Shown here: positions 11,500 to 23,368 of the stretch, in pieces
Numbering within the stretch: position 1 is the stretch's first letter
Layout of the letters: each line of letters begins with the position of its first letter
From: an uncultured Deinococcaceae bacterium
Lineage (GTDB): Bacteria; Deinococcota; Deinococci; Deinococcales; Deinococcaceae
Length of the DNA: 56,983 nt
Reading direction: 5' to 3'
NCBI GenBank assembly: GCA_964252075.1
Contig: CAXULY010000035.1
Coordinates: 1 to 56,983 of the forward strand
Notes under the pieces: generated by a model
What the model saw: the letters and a program-made list of their open reading frames with translations, nothing else
Databases searched by the model: none
Told to the model about the DNA's origin: nothing
Program-made: the position numbers and the translations under genes

Positions 11500-12528
11500 A
11501 TGTCCCGCATCCTGGTGGTGGACGACGACGCCGCCATCCTCAAACTGGTCGGCTTCATCCTCAGCAAGGCGGGCTACGAGGTCCGCACCTGCGCGCAACC
11601 GCGCGAGGCCCTGGAGCTCCTCGGCACCTTCACGCCGGACCTCGTGATCTCCGACGTGGTCATGCCGTACATGAACGGCTACGAGTTTCTAGAGCACGTG
11701 CGCGAGAACCCCGCGCTCGCCGGCATGCCCTTCATGCTGCTCTCCAGCCACGCCGAGCGCGACGACGTGCGCCGCGGCATGAACCTCGGCGCGGACGACT
11801 ACCTGCCCAAGCCCTTCACGCCGCAGGACCTCACCACCGCCGTCGAGGCGCGCCTGCGCCGCGCGGGGCTCAAGGCCACCTCCGCCAGCGTGCTGGAAGC
11901 GCGCGGCTTCAAGACCGCCAGCGTCACGTACAAGGGCCAGCCGGTGCAGTGGGTATCCCGCAAGGCCACCGAGCTGTTCTTCTACCTGCTGGAGCACGGC
12001 GAGGTGTCCAGTTGGGAGGCCGCCGAAGCGCTGTGGCCCGAGAAGGACGAGGCGCGCGCGTCAAGCCTCTTTCACACCACCCTGCACCGCCTGCGCCGCT
12101 CGCTGGACAGCGAGGCCGTCATCAGCCAGAGTCGCCGCTACGCGCTCGCCAGCGAACTCAGCCCCAGCTACGACGTGCGCAACTACGAACGCCAGGCGGC
12201 CGGACTGCTGCGCGCCACGCCTGATCTGGGCCTGCTGCGCGAACTGGTCGGGCTGTACGGCGAGTTCCTGCCCGGTTACGACTCCCCCTGGTGCGACGAG
12301 GTGCGCGCCCGCCTGCAGGAAGTGCAGATGGGCCTGCTGAGCATGGCGGGCCGGCAGGCCTTCGCGTCCGGCCACCACCGCGAGGCCGCCGCGTACCACC
12401 AGCAGGCGCTGAACCTCGATCCCATGAGCGAACCCGACTGGGACGCCCTCGCGCGCGCGCTCAAGAGCATCGGGGACCCCCGCGCGCCCCTCGCGGACCG
12501 CCGCGAGGCGTGGTGGATGGGCAACTGA
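11500..12528 (+). CDS. Response regulator (REC + winged-helix-like + BTAD/SARP domain)
   Basis: Motifs ILVVDDD, DVVMP, DYLPKPF; C-terminal BTAD-like region (LYGEFLPG..PW, ALNLDPMSE). TAGACT-N6-ATG start. Confidence 0.85.
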   Translation: MSRILVVDDDAAILKLVGFILSKAGYEVRTCAQPREALELLGTFTPDLVISDVVMPYMNGYEFLEHVRENPALAGMPFMLLSSHAERDDVRRGMNLGADDYLPKPFTPQDLTTAVEARLRRAGLKATSASVLEARGFKTASVTYKGQPVQWVSRKATELFFYLLEHGEVSSWEAAEALWPEKDEARASSLFHTTLHRLRRSLDSEAVISQSRRYALASELSPSYDVRNYERQAAGLLRATPDLGLLRELVGLYGEFLPGYDSPWCDEVRARLQEVQMGLLSMAGRQAFASGHHREAAAYHQQALNLDPMSEPDWDALARALKSIGDPRAPLADRREAWWMGN

Positions 12529-12682
12529 TCTGGTCCCGGCCGCCCAGCGCGGCGCCGAGCGTTAAGACCTTATAAACCTCGTGCCTGTCGCATTTTTACC
12601 TACGGCTGGGCTGGGTCTTTTAACATGCACCTCGCTGGGACCGCGCCGCCAGGGGCTGGCGCCCCATGGAGGTGCCACGCCG

Positions 12683-13351
<669 letters not shown>

Positions 13352-13393
13352 GGCAACCAGGAAAGGGGGCACCGGACTTCTCCGGCACCCCCT

Positions 13394-14392
13394 TTATGCG
13401 GGCGGGCCCAAGCTGGGGCCGGGGTGCCACGCGCAGGGCAGCACCTCGGAGGCTGGCGCGTGACCGTGCAGTTGCTGGTCCAGCAGCGCCAGGGCGCGGC
13501 GGCCCATGTGCACGCGGGGAATCTCGAAGGCCGCCCAGGGCACATCACCCACACCGCCGAGGGGGTCGCCCAGCACCGCGAAGCTGAAGTCGCGCGGCGC
13601 ACCGAGGCCCACTGACGCGGCGAGTTGCAGCAGCCGCCGAGCGAGGCTGTCGTTCTCCACGAGGAAGGCCGTGGAGGCCCCGAAGACGTTGGGCGTGAGG
13701 GTCGGGAAGGTGGGCGTGAGTCTTGCGGCGCGCATGCCGCGCTCGTACCCGGCGCGGCGGTCCGCGACGGACTCCCCCTCGCGCCCGCTGCCCAGGTACG
13801 ACACGCGGGTGTGCCCGAGGTTCAGCAGCACCCGCAGGGCTTCCTCGGTCGCGCCCGCGTAATCCGCCGCGACGTGCGGGATGTCGTGGCCGGGCAGCTC
13901 GCGCCGCCCGATGAACACCACGGGGTGCCCCTCCCCCACCAGCCGCGCGAGTTCCGCGCGCCGCTCGGCGTTCAGCTCGCCCAGCAGCAGGGTGCCGTCC
14001 GCGAGGCGCAACCGGCTCCCGCCGTCCTCGAACAGTGGGCGCGGCGCGCCCGCGCGGGGGGGCCGGGTGTGCAGCAGCAGGTCGTACCCGAGGCGCTCCG
14101 CTTCCTCCTCGATGCCCTCCAGGAAGGGGTGGTAGAAGTCCGAGGCGTGCGTCGGGAAGAGCCGCTCGTACGTGAACACCCCGATCACGTGGCTGAGGCC
14201 CCCCGCGAGGCGGCGCGCGGCGGCGTTCGGCACGTACCCGAGTTCCTGCATGGCGTTCAGGACGCGGTCGCGGGTGTCCGTGCCCAGGCGGATGGCGCCC
14301 CCCTTGCCGTTCAGCACCTGCGACACCACCGCCTGCGACACGCCCGCCCGCAGGGCCACCTCGCGCTGCGTGGGGCGCTTGCGGACCGTCAC
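13394..14392 (-). CDS. LacI-family transcriptional regulator
   Basis: HTH PTQREVALRAGVSQAVVSQVLN, hinge LGYVPNAAAR. Confidence 0.92.
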   Translation of the reverse strand: MTVRKRPTQREVALRAGVSQAVVSQVLNGKGGAIRLGTDTRDRVLNAMQELGYVPNAAARRLAGGLSHVIGVFTYERLFPTHASDFYHPFLEGIEEEAERLGYDLLLHTRPPRAGAPRPLFEDGGSRLRLADGTLLLGELNAERRAELARLVGEGHPVVFIGRRELPGHDIPHVAADYAGATEEALRVLLNLGHTRVSYLGSGREGESVADRRAGYERGMRAARLTPTFPTLTPNVFGASTAFLVENDSLARRLLQLAASVGLGAPRDFSFAVLGDPLGGVGDVPWAAFEIPRVHMGRRALALLDQQLHGHAPASEVLPCAWHPGPSLGPPA

Positions 14393-16015
14393 TCAAAACC
14401 CCGGGGACGGCGTGAGGCGCTGCGCGTCCGGCCACACCAGCTCGAAGCCCAAGGTGTCCGTGAGGCAGCGCTGGAAGTCCAGCAGGTGCTCCGGGGTGTT
14501 GCGCACCTGCTTCGGCGTGAGGCGCTGGTTCAGGCAGTGCGCGGCGAGCGCGCCCGCCGCCTCCCCGATGTTCCACTCCACGGGGTGCAGGCGGTAGCAG
14601 CCGGTCGTAATGTGCGTGACGCCCAGGTTCTTCGCGGCGGCCAGCAGGTTCTCCACCCGCTGCGGAATCAGGGCGCCCAGAGGAATCTGGAAGGGCCAGC
14701 TCGCCACGTCCACATAATTGCGCCCGCCGGTGGAGGGGTGCAGGTCGATGCGGTACTGCCCGACGCCCACGGTGTCCCGGAAGACCTCCGCGCCCCGAAG
14801 CTCGCCGCGCGCCTCGACGCCCACATGCTCCTCCAGCACCGTGAACTCCGCCCGGATGCGTCGGCTCTCGCGCAGGTACACCCGCAGGGCGAGGCCGTCC
14901 TGCGTGCCCGTCACGTCGCCGCGCGGGCGCAGGCCGGGGTAGCCCTGGCCGCGCCCATCGTGGCGGGGCGCCTCGGTCTGCATCCAGTACAGCAGGCTGA
15001 GGCTCAGCTGGCGGCTGCCCTTCAGGTGCCGCGTGCGCTCCTCGTCGCTCACGCCCAGCACGGGGCCCAGCAGGTAATCCATCTGCGGCCAGTTCACCAG
15101 GGTGATGTCGCTCTCCAGCGTGCCGGGCGCGAGGTGGCGGCGCGCGAGGATGCGCCGGTAGTGCCACAGGTCCCCGCCGTGCGGGGTCTCGACGGGGTTG
15201 CTGAACAGGTCGCGGCGCACGGCGGCGTGCGTGATGGGGTGCGGGTACGTCCAGCTGAGCTGCTGGTCCGGCCAGTACGGCGCCCGGTACGCGCGCCAGA
15301 AGTCGTAGGTGGCGGGGCGGGGGATGGTGAAGTCCGCGCCCTCGATGTGGTCCATCGCGAAGCACCAGCTGTGCGCCTGCTGGTTCAGGGGGTCGGCTTC
15401 GGGCAGAGCGTGCAGTTCACCCGTCTCGGCCTGCCCCTCGGCGCCCACCACGTGTTCAATGCCGCCCAGGGGGAGCAGGTCGCCGCCCTCGGTGGCGTCC
15501 AGCACGTAGGGCGCGGTGACGGTGAAGCGCTCACCGCGCTGCTCCAGCGTGACGGCCTGTACGGTGTCCCCGTCCGTGTGCACGTTGACGGGCTGGGCGT
15601 CCAGCAGCACCGTGAGCTGCCCCTTCGAGCGCCAGGGGGCCAGCAGGCCCTCAATGACGGCGAGGAAGGCGCGCGGTTCGGCGCACAGGCGGCTCACGTT
15701 GCCCGCGCCGGGGTTCAGGTGCGCCTCCGCGCGCGACTCGGGTATGAGGGGATAGTGCGTGCGGTAGTAGGTGCGGACGCCCTCGCGCAGGGCGCGGTAG
15801 CTGGCGGTGCAGCCCACCTCCTCGATCCAGCGGCCCTCGTCGGGCGGCACGGCCTGACTGGTGAGCTGCCCGCCCAGCCAGGGGCTCTCCTCGGTGAGGG
15901 TCACGCGGCGGCCCAGGCGCAGCGCGGCGAGCGCCGCGGCGACGCCACCCAGGCCGCCCCCCACGATCAGGACGTCGGTGGCGTGGTCGGTGGCGGGATT
16001 CAGGGTGAGGCTCAT
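14393..16015 (-). CDS. FAD-dependent oxidoreductase (FAD_oxidored family)
   Basis: Motifs [47 protein letters not shown]. Confidence 0.88.
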   Translation of the reverse strand: MSLTLNPATDHATDVLIVGGGLGGVAAALAALRLGRRVTLTEESPWLGGQLTSQAVPPDEGRWIEEVGCTASYRALREGVRTYYRTHYPLIPESRAEAHLNPGAGNVSRLCAEPRAFLAVIEGLLAPWRSKGQLTVLLDAQPVNVHTDGDTVQAVTLEQRGERFTVTAPYVLDATEGGDLLPLGGIEHVVGAEGQAETGELHALPEADPLNQQAHSWCFAMDHIEGADFTIPRPATYDFWRAYRAPYWPDQQLSWTYPHPITHAAVRRDLFSNPVETPHGGDLWHYRRILARRHLAPGTLESDITLVNWPQMDYLLGPVLGVSDEERTRHLKGSRQLSLSLLYWMQTEAPRHDGRGQGYPGLRPRGDVTGTQDGLALRVYLRESRRIRAEFTVLEEHVGVEARGELRGAEVFRDTVGVGQYRIDLHPSTGGRNYVDVASWPFQIPLGALIPQRVENLLAAAKNLGVTHITTGCYRLHPVEWNIGEAAGALAAHCLNQRLTPKQVRNTPEHLLDFQRCLTDTLGFELVWPDAQRLTPSPGF

Positions 16016-16058
16016 GCGGACGTGGCCTCTGAGCGGGTGTGCGTGTCGTTCAAGTGAT

Positions 16059-16961
16059 TCATCCCTTCGTGCCGCTCGCGGCGAGGCTCTCGATGAACTG
16101 CTTCTGGGCCAGCACGAAGGCCACCAGCACCGGCAGGGCGACCAGCACGCCCGCCGCCAGCGTCAGGTTCCAGAACGTGCCGCCCAGGGGATCCGTGAAG
16201 CGCTGCAGGGCCAGCGGCAGGGTCAGCAGGCGTTCGTCGTTCAGGTAGATGAGGGGGTTGAAGTAGTCGTTCCAGCTGTTCAGCACCGCGAAGATCGCGA
16301 CCGTCGCGAGCGCCGGGCGGGCGAGGGGCAGCATCACGAACCAGAACACGCCCCAGTACCCCAGGCCGTCCACGCGGCCCGCCTCCTCCAACTCGCGCGG
16401 CAGGGTCAGGAAGTGCTGGCGCATCAGGAAGACCGCCAGCGCGCCCGTGCCGCTGAAGACCTGCAGCAGGATCACCGGCACGTGCGTGTTCACGAGGTGC
16501 AGGCTGCGGAACCCGATGAACTGCGGGATGGCCGTGAGTTCGCCGGGGATCATCATGGCGGCGAGCGTGAGCAGGAAGATCGCGTCGCGGCCCGGGAAGC
16601 GCAGGCGCGCGAAGGCGTACCCGGCGAGCGCCGCGAGCGCCATCGTGACGGGCACGACGATCACGAGGATGTACACGCTGTTCAGGTACTGCCGCGCGAA
16701 GGGGTAGGCCGTGAAGATGTCGTGGAAGTTGCGCAGGGTGAGGTTTGCGGCGTCCAGGCTGAAGGGACTCTGGAAGATCGCGGCGCTGCTCTTGAAGCTG
16801 CTGAGCAGCATCCACAGGATGGGCAGCAGGAACGGCAGGCAGATCAGGGCGAGCAGCGCGTACAGCACCACCGCCCAGGGCCCGCGGATGCTGGGTGTGG
16901 GTTCCTCCGGGTTGCGGCCGCGGCGGGCGGGCCGCGCGGCGCGCAGGGGGTCAGCCCTCAT
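16059..16961 (-). CDS. Carbohydrate ABC transporter permease
   Basis: EAA motif [13 protein letters not shown]; 6 TM helices. Confidence 0.92.
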   Translation of the reverse strand: MRADPLRAARPARRGRNPEEPTPSIRGPWAVVLYALLALICLPFLLPILWMLLSSFKSSAAIFQSPFSLDAANLTLRNFHDIFTAYPFARQYLNSVYILVIVVPVTMALAALAGYAFARLRFPGRDAIFLLTLAAMMIPGELTAIPQFIGFRSLHLVNTHVPVILLQVFSGTGALAVFLMRQHFLTLPRELEEAGRVDGLGYWGVFWFVMLPLARPALATVAIFAVLNSWNDYFNPLIYLNDERLLTLPLALQRFTDPLGGTFWNLTLAAGVLVALPVLVAFVLAQKQFIESLAASGTKG

Positions 16962-17856
16962 AGAACACCAGGCGGCGCCGCAGGCTCCACTGCGCGACGG
17001 TGAGGGCCAGCACCAGCGCGAACAGCACGGTGGCGATGGCGGAGGCGTACCCGAAGTCGAAGAAGGAGAAGCCCTGCTTGTACATCTGCATGAGGAGGGT
17101 GGTGGTGCGGTTCGCGGGGCCGCCGCCCGTCAGCACCCAGATGGGCGTGAAGACCTTCAGGGACCCGATCAGCGTCACGAGGAACACCAGAAAGAAGGTG
17201 GGCGAGATGAGCGGCAGCGTGATGCGCGTGAAGTTCGCCCACGCGCCCGCGCCATCCAGCCGGGCGGCTTCGGTCACCTCGCGCGGCACGCCCTGCAGCG
17301 CCGCGAGGAAGATCACGGCGTTCAGGCCGACCGCCTTGATGACCTCAATCACCACGACCGTCCACAGCGCCGTGGCGGGCGCCAGCAGCAGGTTCGCGTT
17401 CTCGAAGCCCAGGGCGTGCAGGCCGCCGTTCAGGGGGCCCTGCGGTTGCAGCAGGAACTTCCAGACCAGCGCCCACGCCACGATGGGCATCACGACGGGC
17501 GAGAAGATGATCGCGCGGAACACCTCGATGCCGCGCAGGCGCGCGTTCAGCAGACTGGCGAGCAGCAGCGCCACGCTGATGTTCAGCACCAGGATGCCGA
17601 GCGTGAAGAGGCCCGTGACGGCGAGGCTCGCGCGGAACTGCGGGTCGTGCAGGAGCCGCGCGTAGTTCTTCATGCCCGCGGCGGCGGGCGTGCCGAGCAG
17701 TGACCAGTCCGTGAAGGACAGCGCCACCACCGCGAGGAGCGGCACGATGACCAGCACGAGGATGCCGAGCGCGTAGGGCAGCGCGAAGGCGAAGCCCACC
17801 AGGGCCTCCTGGCGGCGCAGCGCTCCGGCGCGCCGGGTGGGGGCGGAGGCGGTCAC
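16951..17856 (-). CDS. Carbohydrate ABC transporter permease
   Basis: EAA motif [21 protein letters not shown]. Confidence 0.92.
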   Translation of the reverse strand: MTASAPTRRAGALRRQEALVGFAFALPYALGILVLVIVPLLAVVALSFTDWSLLGTPAAAGMKNYARLLHDPQFRASLAVTGLFTLGILVLNISVALLLASLLNARLRGIEVFRAIIFSPVVMPIVAWALVWKFLLQPQGPLNGGLHALGFENANLLLAPATALWTVVVIEVIKAVGLNAVIFLAALQGVPREVTEAARLDGAGAWANFTRITLPLISPTFFLVFLVTLIGSLKVFTPIWVLTGGGPANRTTTLLMQMYKQGFSFFDFGYASAIATVLFALVLALTVAQWSLRRRLVFYEG

Positions 17857-17857
17857 C

Positions 17858-19090
17858 TTACAGCCCGTTCACCTGCGAGCAGATGTCGTTCAGCGCGCCC
17901 TTCACGTCCGCGCCCGGCTGGAACACCGTGTCCAGGCCCGCCGTGATGGCGTCGTTCGCCTTGAGCCAGTTGGGGTTGGTAAGCAGCACGCGCGCGCCGG
18001 AAATCTGGCTGACGAGCGCGGCCTTCAGGTCCGCGGCGGGAATGGCGGGGTTGGCGCTCAGGTACGCGCTGCTGTTCAGGACGCTCTTGCGGGGCGGCGG
18101 GAAGAACTTCGCGGTGCGCTTCATGACGTCCGCGGACGCCAGGAACTTCAGGAAGGCGGCGGCTTCTTTCGGGTGCTTGGACTGACTGAAGGCCACGTAC
18201 CCGGCCTGCCCGAGCTGCGTGACGCGCCCGGCGGGTCCCTTCGGCATGGGCGCGATGCCCCACTTGAAGCCCGTGCTGGCGAGCTGCGCGCTGTAACTCA
18301 CGTTGTCCACGTACATGCCGAGCTTGCCGCCCTCGAAGGCCGTCTGGTCGCCGGGGCGCGGCATGGTGTTGTCCGTGAACATCATGTCGTGCACGAGCTT
18401 CACGCCCGCCACGCTGCCCGCGCTGTTCAGGCTGCACCCGAAGTTCTTGTCGAAGACCCCGCCGCCGTGGGACCACATGACGGCCAGCAGGCCGCCCGCC
18501 CAGGCCTTGGGGTCCAGGCGCATGACGCGCCCGCCGTACGCGCCGGTCTTGCTCTTGATGGTGCGGGCGGTGCTGCGGAAGGCGTCGTAGGTCCAGGCGC
18601 CCGCCGCGTACTGCTGCAGGGGCGTCTTGGCGCCCGCCCTGGCGAACAGGTCCTTGTTGTAGAACAGCACCAGCGGGGAGTTGGAGAACGGCAGGCCGTA
18701 CACGGCGTTCCCCTTCTTGAAGAGACTGAGCGCGCTGGGTGGGAAGTCCGCGAGGTTGAAGCTGGCGTCCTTGTTCACGCTGGGGCCGAGGTCCGTGACG
18801 GCCTTGCTGGCGATGAAGGCGGGCACGTCGCGCTCGGCGAGCCAGCCGACGTCCGGGCTGTCCCCGGAGGCGATCTGCACGGCGAGCTTGCGGCCGTAAT
18901 CCGCGAAGGGCGTGACCTCCACGGTGACCTGCACGCCGGGGTTCTTCGCGCTGTACTCCTTGGCGAGCGTCTGCAGGAGGGCGAGACCGTCGCCGCCCGC
19001 CCAGGTGGTGAAGCGCAGGTTGACGCCTTGCGCTGAGGCGACTGAGGTCATGAGCAGGCCAACACCGAGCACCAGATGGGTCCGTCGCAT
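17858..19090 (-). CDS. Sugar ABC transporter substrate-binding protein
   Basis: Signal peptide; motifs IASGDSPDV and YGLPF...[16 protein letters not shown]. Confidence 0.92.
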   Translation of the reverse strand: MRRTHLVLGVGLLMTSVASAQGVNLRFTTWAGGDGLALLQTLAKEYSAKNPGVQVTVEVTPFADYGRKLAVQIASGDSPDVGWLAERDVPAFIASKAVTDLGPSVNKDASFNLADFPPSALSLFKKGNAVYGLPFSNSPLVLFYNKDLFARAGAKTPLQQYAAGAWTYDAFRSTARTIKSKTGAYGGRVMRLDPKAWAGGLLAVMWSHGGGVFDKNFGCSLNSAGSVAGVKLVHDMMFTDNTMPRPGDQTAFEGGKLGMYVDNVSYSAQLASTGFKWGIAPMPKGPAGRVTQLGQAGYVAFSQSKHPKEAAAFLKFLASADVMKRTAKFFPPPRKSVLNSSAYLSANPAIPAADLKAALVSQISGARVLLTNPNWLKANDAITAGLDTVFQPGADVKGALNDICSQVNGL

Positions 19091-19099
19091 ACTGCCTCC

Positions 19100-19129
19100 G
19101 ATAATGCGTATTTGGTAATGCGTATTATC
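19100..19129. promoter_or_regulatory. Tandem LacI-type operators
   Basis: TAATGCGTATT at 19102-19112 and 19116-19126; near-palindromic with a central CG; directly upstream of the ABC operon that encodes a LacI regulator. Confidence 0.7.
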
Positions 19130-19266
19130 AGAATGATGCGGCGGTTTGTCAAATGGGACAGGCAGTGCGACTTAACTTCGACCTTGAAGACCAATAACGC
19201 GTCCGCTGAGGGGTGGACCTGTGGCAGCGGAGTGCCGACGGAAGGTGCCTCACGGTGTTCCTCACA

Positions 19267-19283
19267 TTACGCAGGTAACATAA
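19267..19283. promoter_or_regulatory. RDRM (DdrO box) overlapping the -10 element of the helicase gene
   Basis: TTACGCAGGTAACATAA (reverse complement TTATGTTACCTGCGTAA). It contains TAACAT, 6 nt before the GTG start. Confidence 0.8.
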
Positions 19284-19287
19284 TCAT

Positions 19288-20706
19288 GTGGCCCGCCCTC
19301 CCCTGCTGCGCTTCGACCGCGGCACCCTCACGCTCGACCCCCTTCCCGACGCGGTGCGCGCGCACTTCACCTGGGACGACCGGGCGCAGACGTGGCGTGC
19401 GCCGGGCCGCAGCTACCGCGCGGTCATGGAGGCCCTGCGGGACGCGAAGGTGCACCACAGGGACGACGCGGCGGCCTTCGCGCCCCTGGCGCTGGCCTTC
19501 TCGCGCGAGGTGACGCCCTACCCGCACCAGCGCGAGGCCCTCACCGCCTGGAAACGCGCGGGGCGGCAGGGCGTGGTGGTGCTGCCCACCGGCGCGGGCA
19601 AGACGCTGGTCGCGCAGCTCGCCATGCGCGACACGCCGCGCACCACCCTGATCTGCGTGCCCACCCTGGACCTCATGCACCAGTGGTACGCCGGGCTGCT
19701 CGCGGCCTTCCCGGACAGCAGCGTGGGCCTGCTGGGCGGCGGCTCGCGCGATGAGACGCCCATCCTGGTGAGTACCTATGACTCCGCCGCCATCCACGCC
19801 GAGGACCTCGGGAACCGCTATGGCCTGCTGATCTTCGACGAGGTGCACCACCTGCCCGCGGACTTCACGCGCGCCATCGCGGACCTGAACATCGCCCCGT
19901 ACCGCCTGGGCCTCACCGCGACGCCACAGCGCAGCGACGGGCGGGAGCGGGACCTGGACGAACTGGTGGGGCCCGTGGTGTACGCGAGGCGCCCCGAGGA
20001 CCTGGGCGGCGACACCCTCGCGCCGTACCGGGAGGTGCGCGTCACGGTGCGCCTCAGCCCCGCCGAGCAGGCCCGCTACGACGAGCTGATCGCGCTGAGA
20101 AACCGCTTCCTGGCCCTCAAGAACATCCAGCTGGGCTCCATTGACGGCTGGAAGCAGTTCATCCTGGCGTCCGGCAGCCCGGAGGGGCGCCGGGCCATGC
20201 GCGCGCACCGCGAGGCGAAGGCCCTCGCCTACGGCACGGACGGCAAGCTGCGCGTACTGGAGGAGGTCTTCGCGAACCACCCGCAGGAGCGCACGCTGGT
20301 CTTCACGGACGACAACGCCGCGGTGTACCGCGTGAGCCGCGAATTCCTGGTGCCCGCCATCACGCACCAGACGCCCGTGAAGGAACGCCACGCGCTCCTC
20401 ACGGCCTTCCGGGAGGGCCGTTACCGGGTGCTGGCGACCAGCCGCGTGCTGAACGAGGGCGTGGACGTGCCGGAGGCGAGCGTCGCGGTGGTGCTGTCCG
20501 GCACCGCCACGGAGCGCGAGCACATCCAGCGGCTGGGGCGCATCCTGCGCCGCGCGGAGGGCAAGCAGGCGGTGCTGTACGAGGTCGTCACGGAGAACAC
20601 CAGCGAGGAGGCCGTGAGCCGCCGCCGCCGCGGCCTCGTGAACGAGCCGTACATCCCGAAGCTGCAGTTCGAGATCGAGGAAGTGGCCTGGGAGGGCCTC
20701 GCGTAA
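19288..20706 (+). CDS. SF2 DNA helicase, XPB/Rad25 (SSL2)-like
   Basis: Motifs LPTGAGKT, DEVHH, GLTATP, LNEGVDVPEA, QRLGRILR; N-terminal WDDR..TWRAP region. Confidence 0.88.
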   Translation: MARPPLLRFDRGTLTLDPLPDAVRAHFTWDDRAQTWRAPGRSYRAVMEALRDAKVHHRDDAAAFAPLALAFSREVTPYPHQREALTAWKRAGRQGVVVLPTGAGKTLVAQLAMRDTPRTTLICVPTLDLMHQWYAGLLAAFPDSSVGLLGGGSRDETPILVSTYDSAAIHAEDLGNRYGLLIFDEVHHLPADFTRAIADLNIAPYRLGLTATPQRSDGRERDLDELVGPVVYARRPEDLGGDTLAPYREVRVTVRLSPAEQARYDELIALRNRFLALKNIQLGSIDGWKQFILASGSPEGRRAMRAHREAKALAYGTDGKLRVLEEVFANHPQERTLVFTDDNAAVYRVSREFLVPAITHQTPVKERHALLTAFREGRYRVLATSRVLNEGVDVPEASVAVVLSGTATEREHIQRLGRILRRAEGKQAVLYEVVTENTSEEAVSRRRRGLVNEPYIPKLQFEIEEVAWEGLA

Positions 20707-21923
20707 TGCTGCCCACCGAACTGCTGAATTTCAAGATTGAGGCGGGCCTCGTGAAGCCGCGCCGCCTGAAGCCCACGCCGGGGAACCTCCAGCTCGCGGA
20801 GACGCTGCTCGCCTTGTTCGAGGAGCACCTCGGCGAGCGGCGCCGCACGCTCACCGAGCGCCTCGTGGAACTGGAGGCGGGCCGCGCGGACCACAGGGTG
20901 ATGCGCGGCCTCGCGCACCTGCTCACGCAGGCCGCGACCTTCGAGACGCGCAGCCCCATGCCGCCCGAGTGGGTGCGCGAGCGGGTGTTCTCGCTCGCGC
21001 AGTTGGGCGTGCCCAGCCGCCACCGCCGCGCGGAGGTGCTCGCGCAGGTGGCGCGCACCCTCGACCCACCCGTCACGCCCGAGGAACTCGCGGACTCCCT
21101 GTATGCGGACCTCGCGAGCGAGCAGACCATGACGGCCTTCGACCCGCCCACCCCGGACGCCCTGCTCGCCCGCTACGACCTCGCGCAGGCGCAGGGCGTG
21201 CTGTACCGCGCGTACAACCTGATCGTGACCGCAAGGCGCAATGAGCCCGCGCGCTACAAGCAGCTCTTCAAGTACATCAAGCTGTTCGGCCTGATGGCGA
21301 GCGTGGAGGGCGACGCCGACCACGGCTTCACCCTCACCCTGGACGGGCCCGCCAGCCTCTTCGGCGCCTCCACCCGCTATGGGCTCTCCATGGCGAAGTT
21401 CCTGCCCGCGCTGCTGCACGTCACGAAGTGGGACCTCACAGCGACCCTGAGGCCCCGCCGCGACCTCGCCTGGGCGGGAAACGAGGAGGAGTGGCGCTTC
21501 GAGCTGACCAGCGAGGACGCCTACGTGAGCCACTACGCCGAGCCGCAGGCCTTCGACAGCGCCCTGGAACTCTCGTTCGCGGACCGCTTCGGGAAGCTGA
21601 AGGGCCCCTGGACGCTGGAGCGCGAGGTGGACCTCGTGAGCGTGCCGGGCGGCGTGATCATCCCGGACTTCCGCCTGCTGCACGAGGACGGGCGCTCCGC
21701 CCTCCTGGAGATCGTGGGGTACTGGCGGCCCGACTACCTGCGCAAGAAGTTCCGCCTGCTGCGCCAGAGTGGCCGCGAGGACGTGATCGTGGCGGTCTCC
21801 GAGCGCCTGAATCTGGAGCGCGCGGGCGTGGACCCCGCAGAGTTCGGGGGCCGTGTGGTGTTCTTCAAGGGCGCCCTGAACCCCAAGGCGGTGCTGGAAC
21901 TCGCGGAGGGCCTCGCGGCCTGA
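20706..21923 (+). CDS. DUF790-family (Bax1-like) PD-(D/E)xK endonuclease
   Basis: MLPTELL start, LDGPASLF..STRYG, FDSALE, IPDF...LEIVGYWRPDYLRKK. TAATG overlap with the helicase stop. Confidence 0.85.
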   Translation: MLPTELLNFKIEAGLVKPRRLKPTPGNLQLAETLLALFEEHLGERRRTLTERLVELEAGRADHRVMRGLAHLLTQAATFETRSPMPPEWVRERVFSLAQLGVPSRHRRAEVLAQVARTLDPPVTPEELADSLYADLASEQTMTAFDPPTPDALLARYDLAQAQGVLYRAYNLIVTARRNEPARYKQLFKYIKLFGLMASVEGDADHGFTLTLDGPASLFGASTRYGLSMAKFLPALLHVTKWDLTATLRPRRDLAWAGNEEEWRFELTSEDAYVSHYAEPQAFDSALELSFADRFGKLKGPWTLEREVDLVSVPGGVIIPDFRLLHEDGRSALLEIVGYWRPDYLRKKFRLLRQSGREDVIVAVSERLNLERAGVDPAEFGGRVVFFKGALNPKAVLELAEGLAA

Positions 21924-22029
21924 GGCGGCTGTCTTCACAAGCCGTGACCGTCACGGCACCCCCGCCGGGTGAGGGGGTATGCTGTCCTCCGCCGTTTCAA
22001 CTGAAAGCATTCAGACGGCCGCCCACCCC

Positions 22030-23244
22030 ATGCCCGAACTGACCCCCTCCCTGTCCCGCCGCGTACTGCACTCCCCATCCCTCAGCATCGCCGTGCTGCT
22101 GATGGGGCTCGCGCTGTCGCTGGCCGCGCCGTACCTCTCGCTGTTCGGCGTGACGGCCGCCCACATGACGCCGCTCGCGCTGGGCCTCTTCCTGACGTCC
22201 AACGCGGTGTTCTCCATCGTGATCAGCACCCTGCTGGGGCGCTGGTCGGACCGCCACGGGGACCGCCGCACGGTGGCGCTGCTGTCCTTGGCCGCCGCCG
22301 CGACCGGGTACACCCTGCTGGCCTTCGCGCGTGAGTACGCCCTGCTGCTCCTGATTGGCGGGCTGTTCCTGGGGACGGGCGCGGCGGCCTTCCCGCAGCT
22401 GTTCGCATACGCCCGCACGCGCCTCCTCGCAGCGGGCGCGCCGGACAGCGCCGTCACGACCCTCCGGTCGGTGTTCTCCTTCGCGTGGGTGGTGGGGCCG
22501 GGCCTGGGCGCGCTCATTCAGGCGCACCTGGATTTCCGCGGGCTGTTCCTCGCGACGGCGCTCGGGTACGCGCTGGCGGCCATCCCGCTGCTGCGCCGCC
22601 CACGCCCCACCCCGGACGTGCGCGCCGCCGCGCCCTCCGTTCAGGAGGCGCCGCAGCCGCAGCCGCGTCATTCCATCGGCCTGATCGCCACGAGCTTCAC
22701 CCTGTACGGCACCGCCCTGAGCATGGGCGCCATCGCGCTGCCGCTGTACGTCACGCAGACGCTGCACGGCACGGGCGGCAACGTGGGCTTCCTGGTGGGC
22801 CTGTGCGCGCTGCTGGAGATCCCTGTGATGCTGGCCTTCGCGTTCCTGCCGCGCCGCACCTCCACGGAGCGCCTGATGGTGCTGGCCTTCGCGCTGCTGG
22901 GGCTGTACTTCCTGCTGTGCGTGCTGGCGGGCGGCCTGACGCTGCTGGCGGTGGCGCAGGCGGTGCGCGCGGCGGTGATCGCGGTGGTGGCGGGGCTGGG
23001 CATCACGTACTTCCAGGACCTCATGCCGGGGCGCCTGGGGGCGGCGACCACGCTGTTCGCGAACACCAGCAACGTGGGGGCGCTGCTGGGCGGTCTGCTG
23101 ACGGGCGCGTGCGCGCAGGTGTTCGGGTACCGGGCGGTGTTCGTGGCGTGCGTGGCGCTGGCCCTGCTGGCGTGGGCACTGCTGGTGCTGGCGCGCTGGC
23201 GCTCGGCACCGCCTGAAGCGCGGCCGACCAAAGCCGACACCTGA
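22030..23244 (+). CDS. MFS sugar efflux transporter (SetA-like)
   Basis: Motifs GRWSDR, FPQLFAYAR, SFAWVVGP, GITYFQDLMPGRLGAATTLF. Confidence 0.88.
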   Translation: MPELTPSLSRRVLHSPSLSIAVLLMGLALSLAAPYLSLFGVTAAHMTPLALGLFLTSNAVFSIVISTLLGRWSDRHGDRRTVALLSLAAAATGYTLLAFAREYALLLLIGGLFLGTGAAAFPQLFAYARTRLLAAGAPDSAVTTLRSVFSFAWVVGPGLGALIQAHLDFRGLFLATALGYALAAIPLLRRPRPTPDVRAAAPSVQEAPQPQPRHSIGLIATSFTLYGTALSMGAIALPLYVTQTLHGTGGNVGFLVGLCALLEIPVMLAFAFLPRRTSTERLMVLAFALLGLYFLLCVLAGGLTLLAVAQAVRAAVIAVVAGLGITYFQDLMPGRLGAATTLFANTSNVGALLGGLLTGACAQVFGYRAVFVACVALALLAWALLVLARWRSAPPEARPTKADT

Positions 23245-23368
23245 GCAGCCATTCAGGTCCTGGGGGGCATGGCGCACGCGCATCGCACCAACCACGGGCA
23301 CATCTACGCCCCACCAACTGTCGAGCGCGAGAGCCCTGATGAGAGGTCGCAGGAAAAACGGCCGCCAG

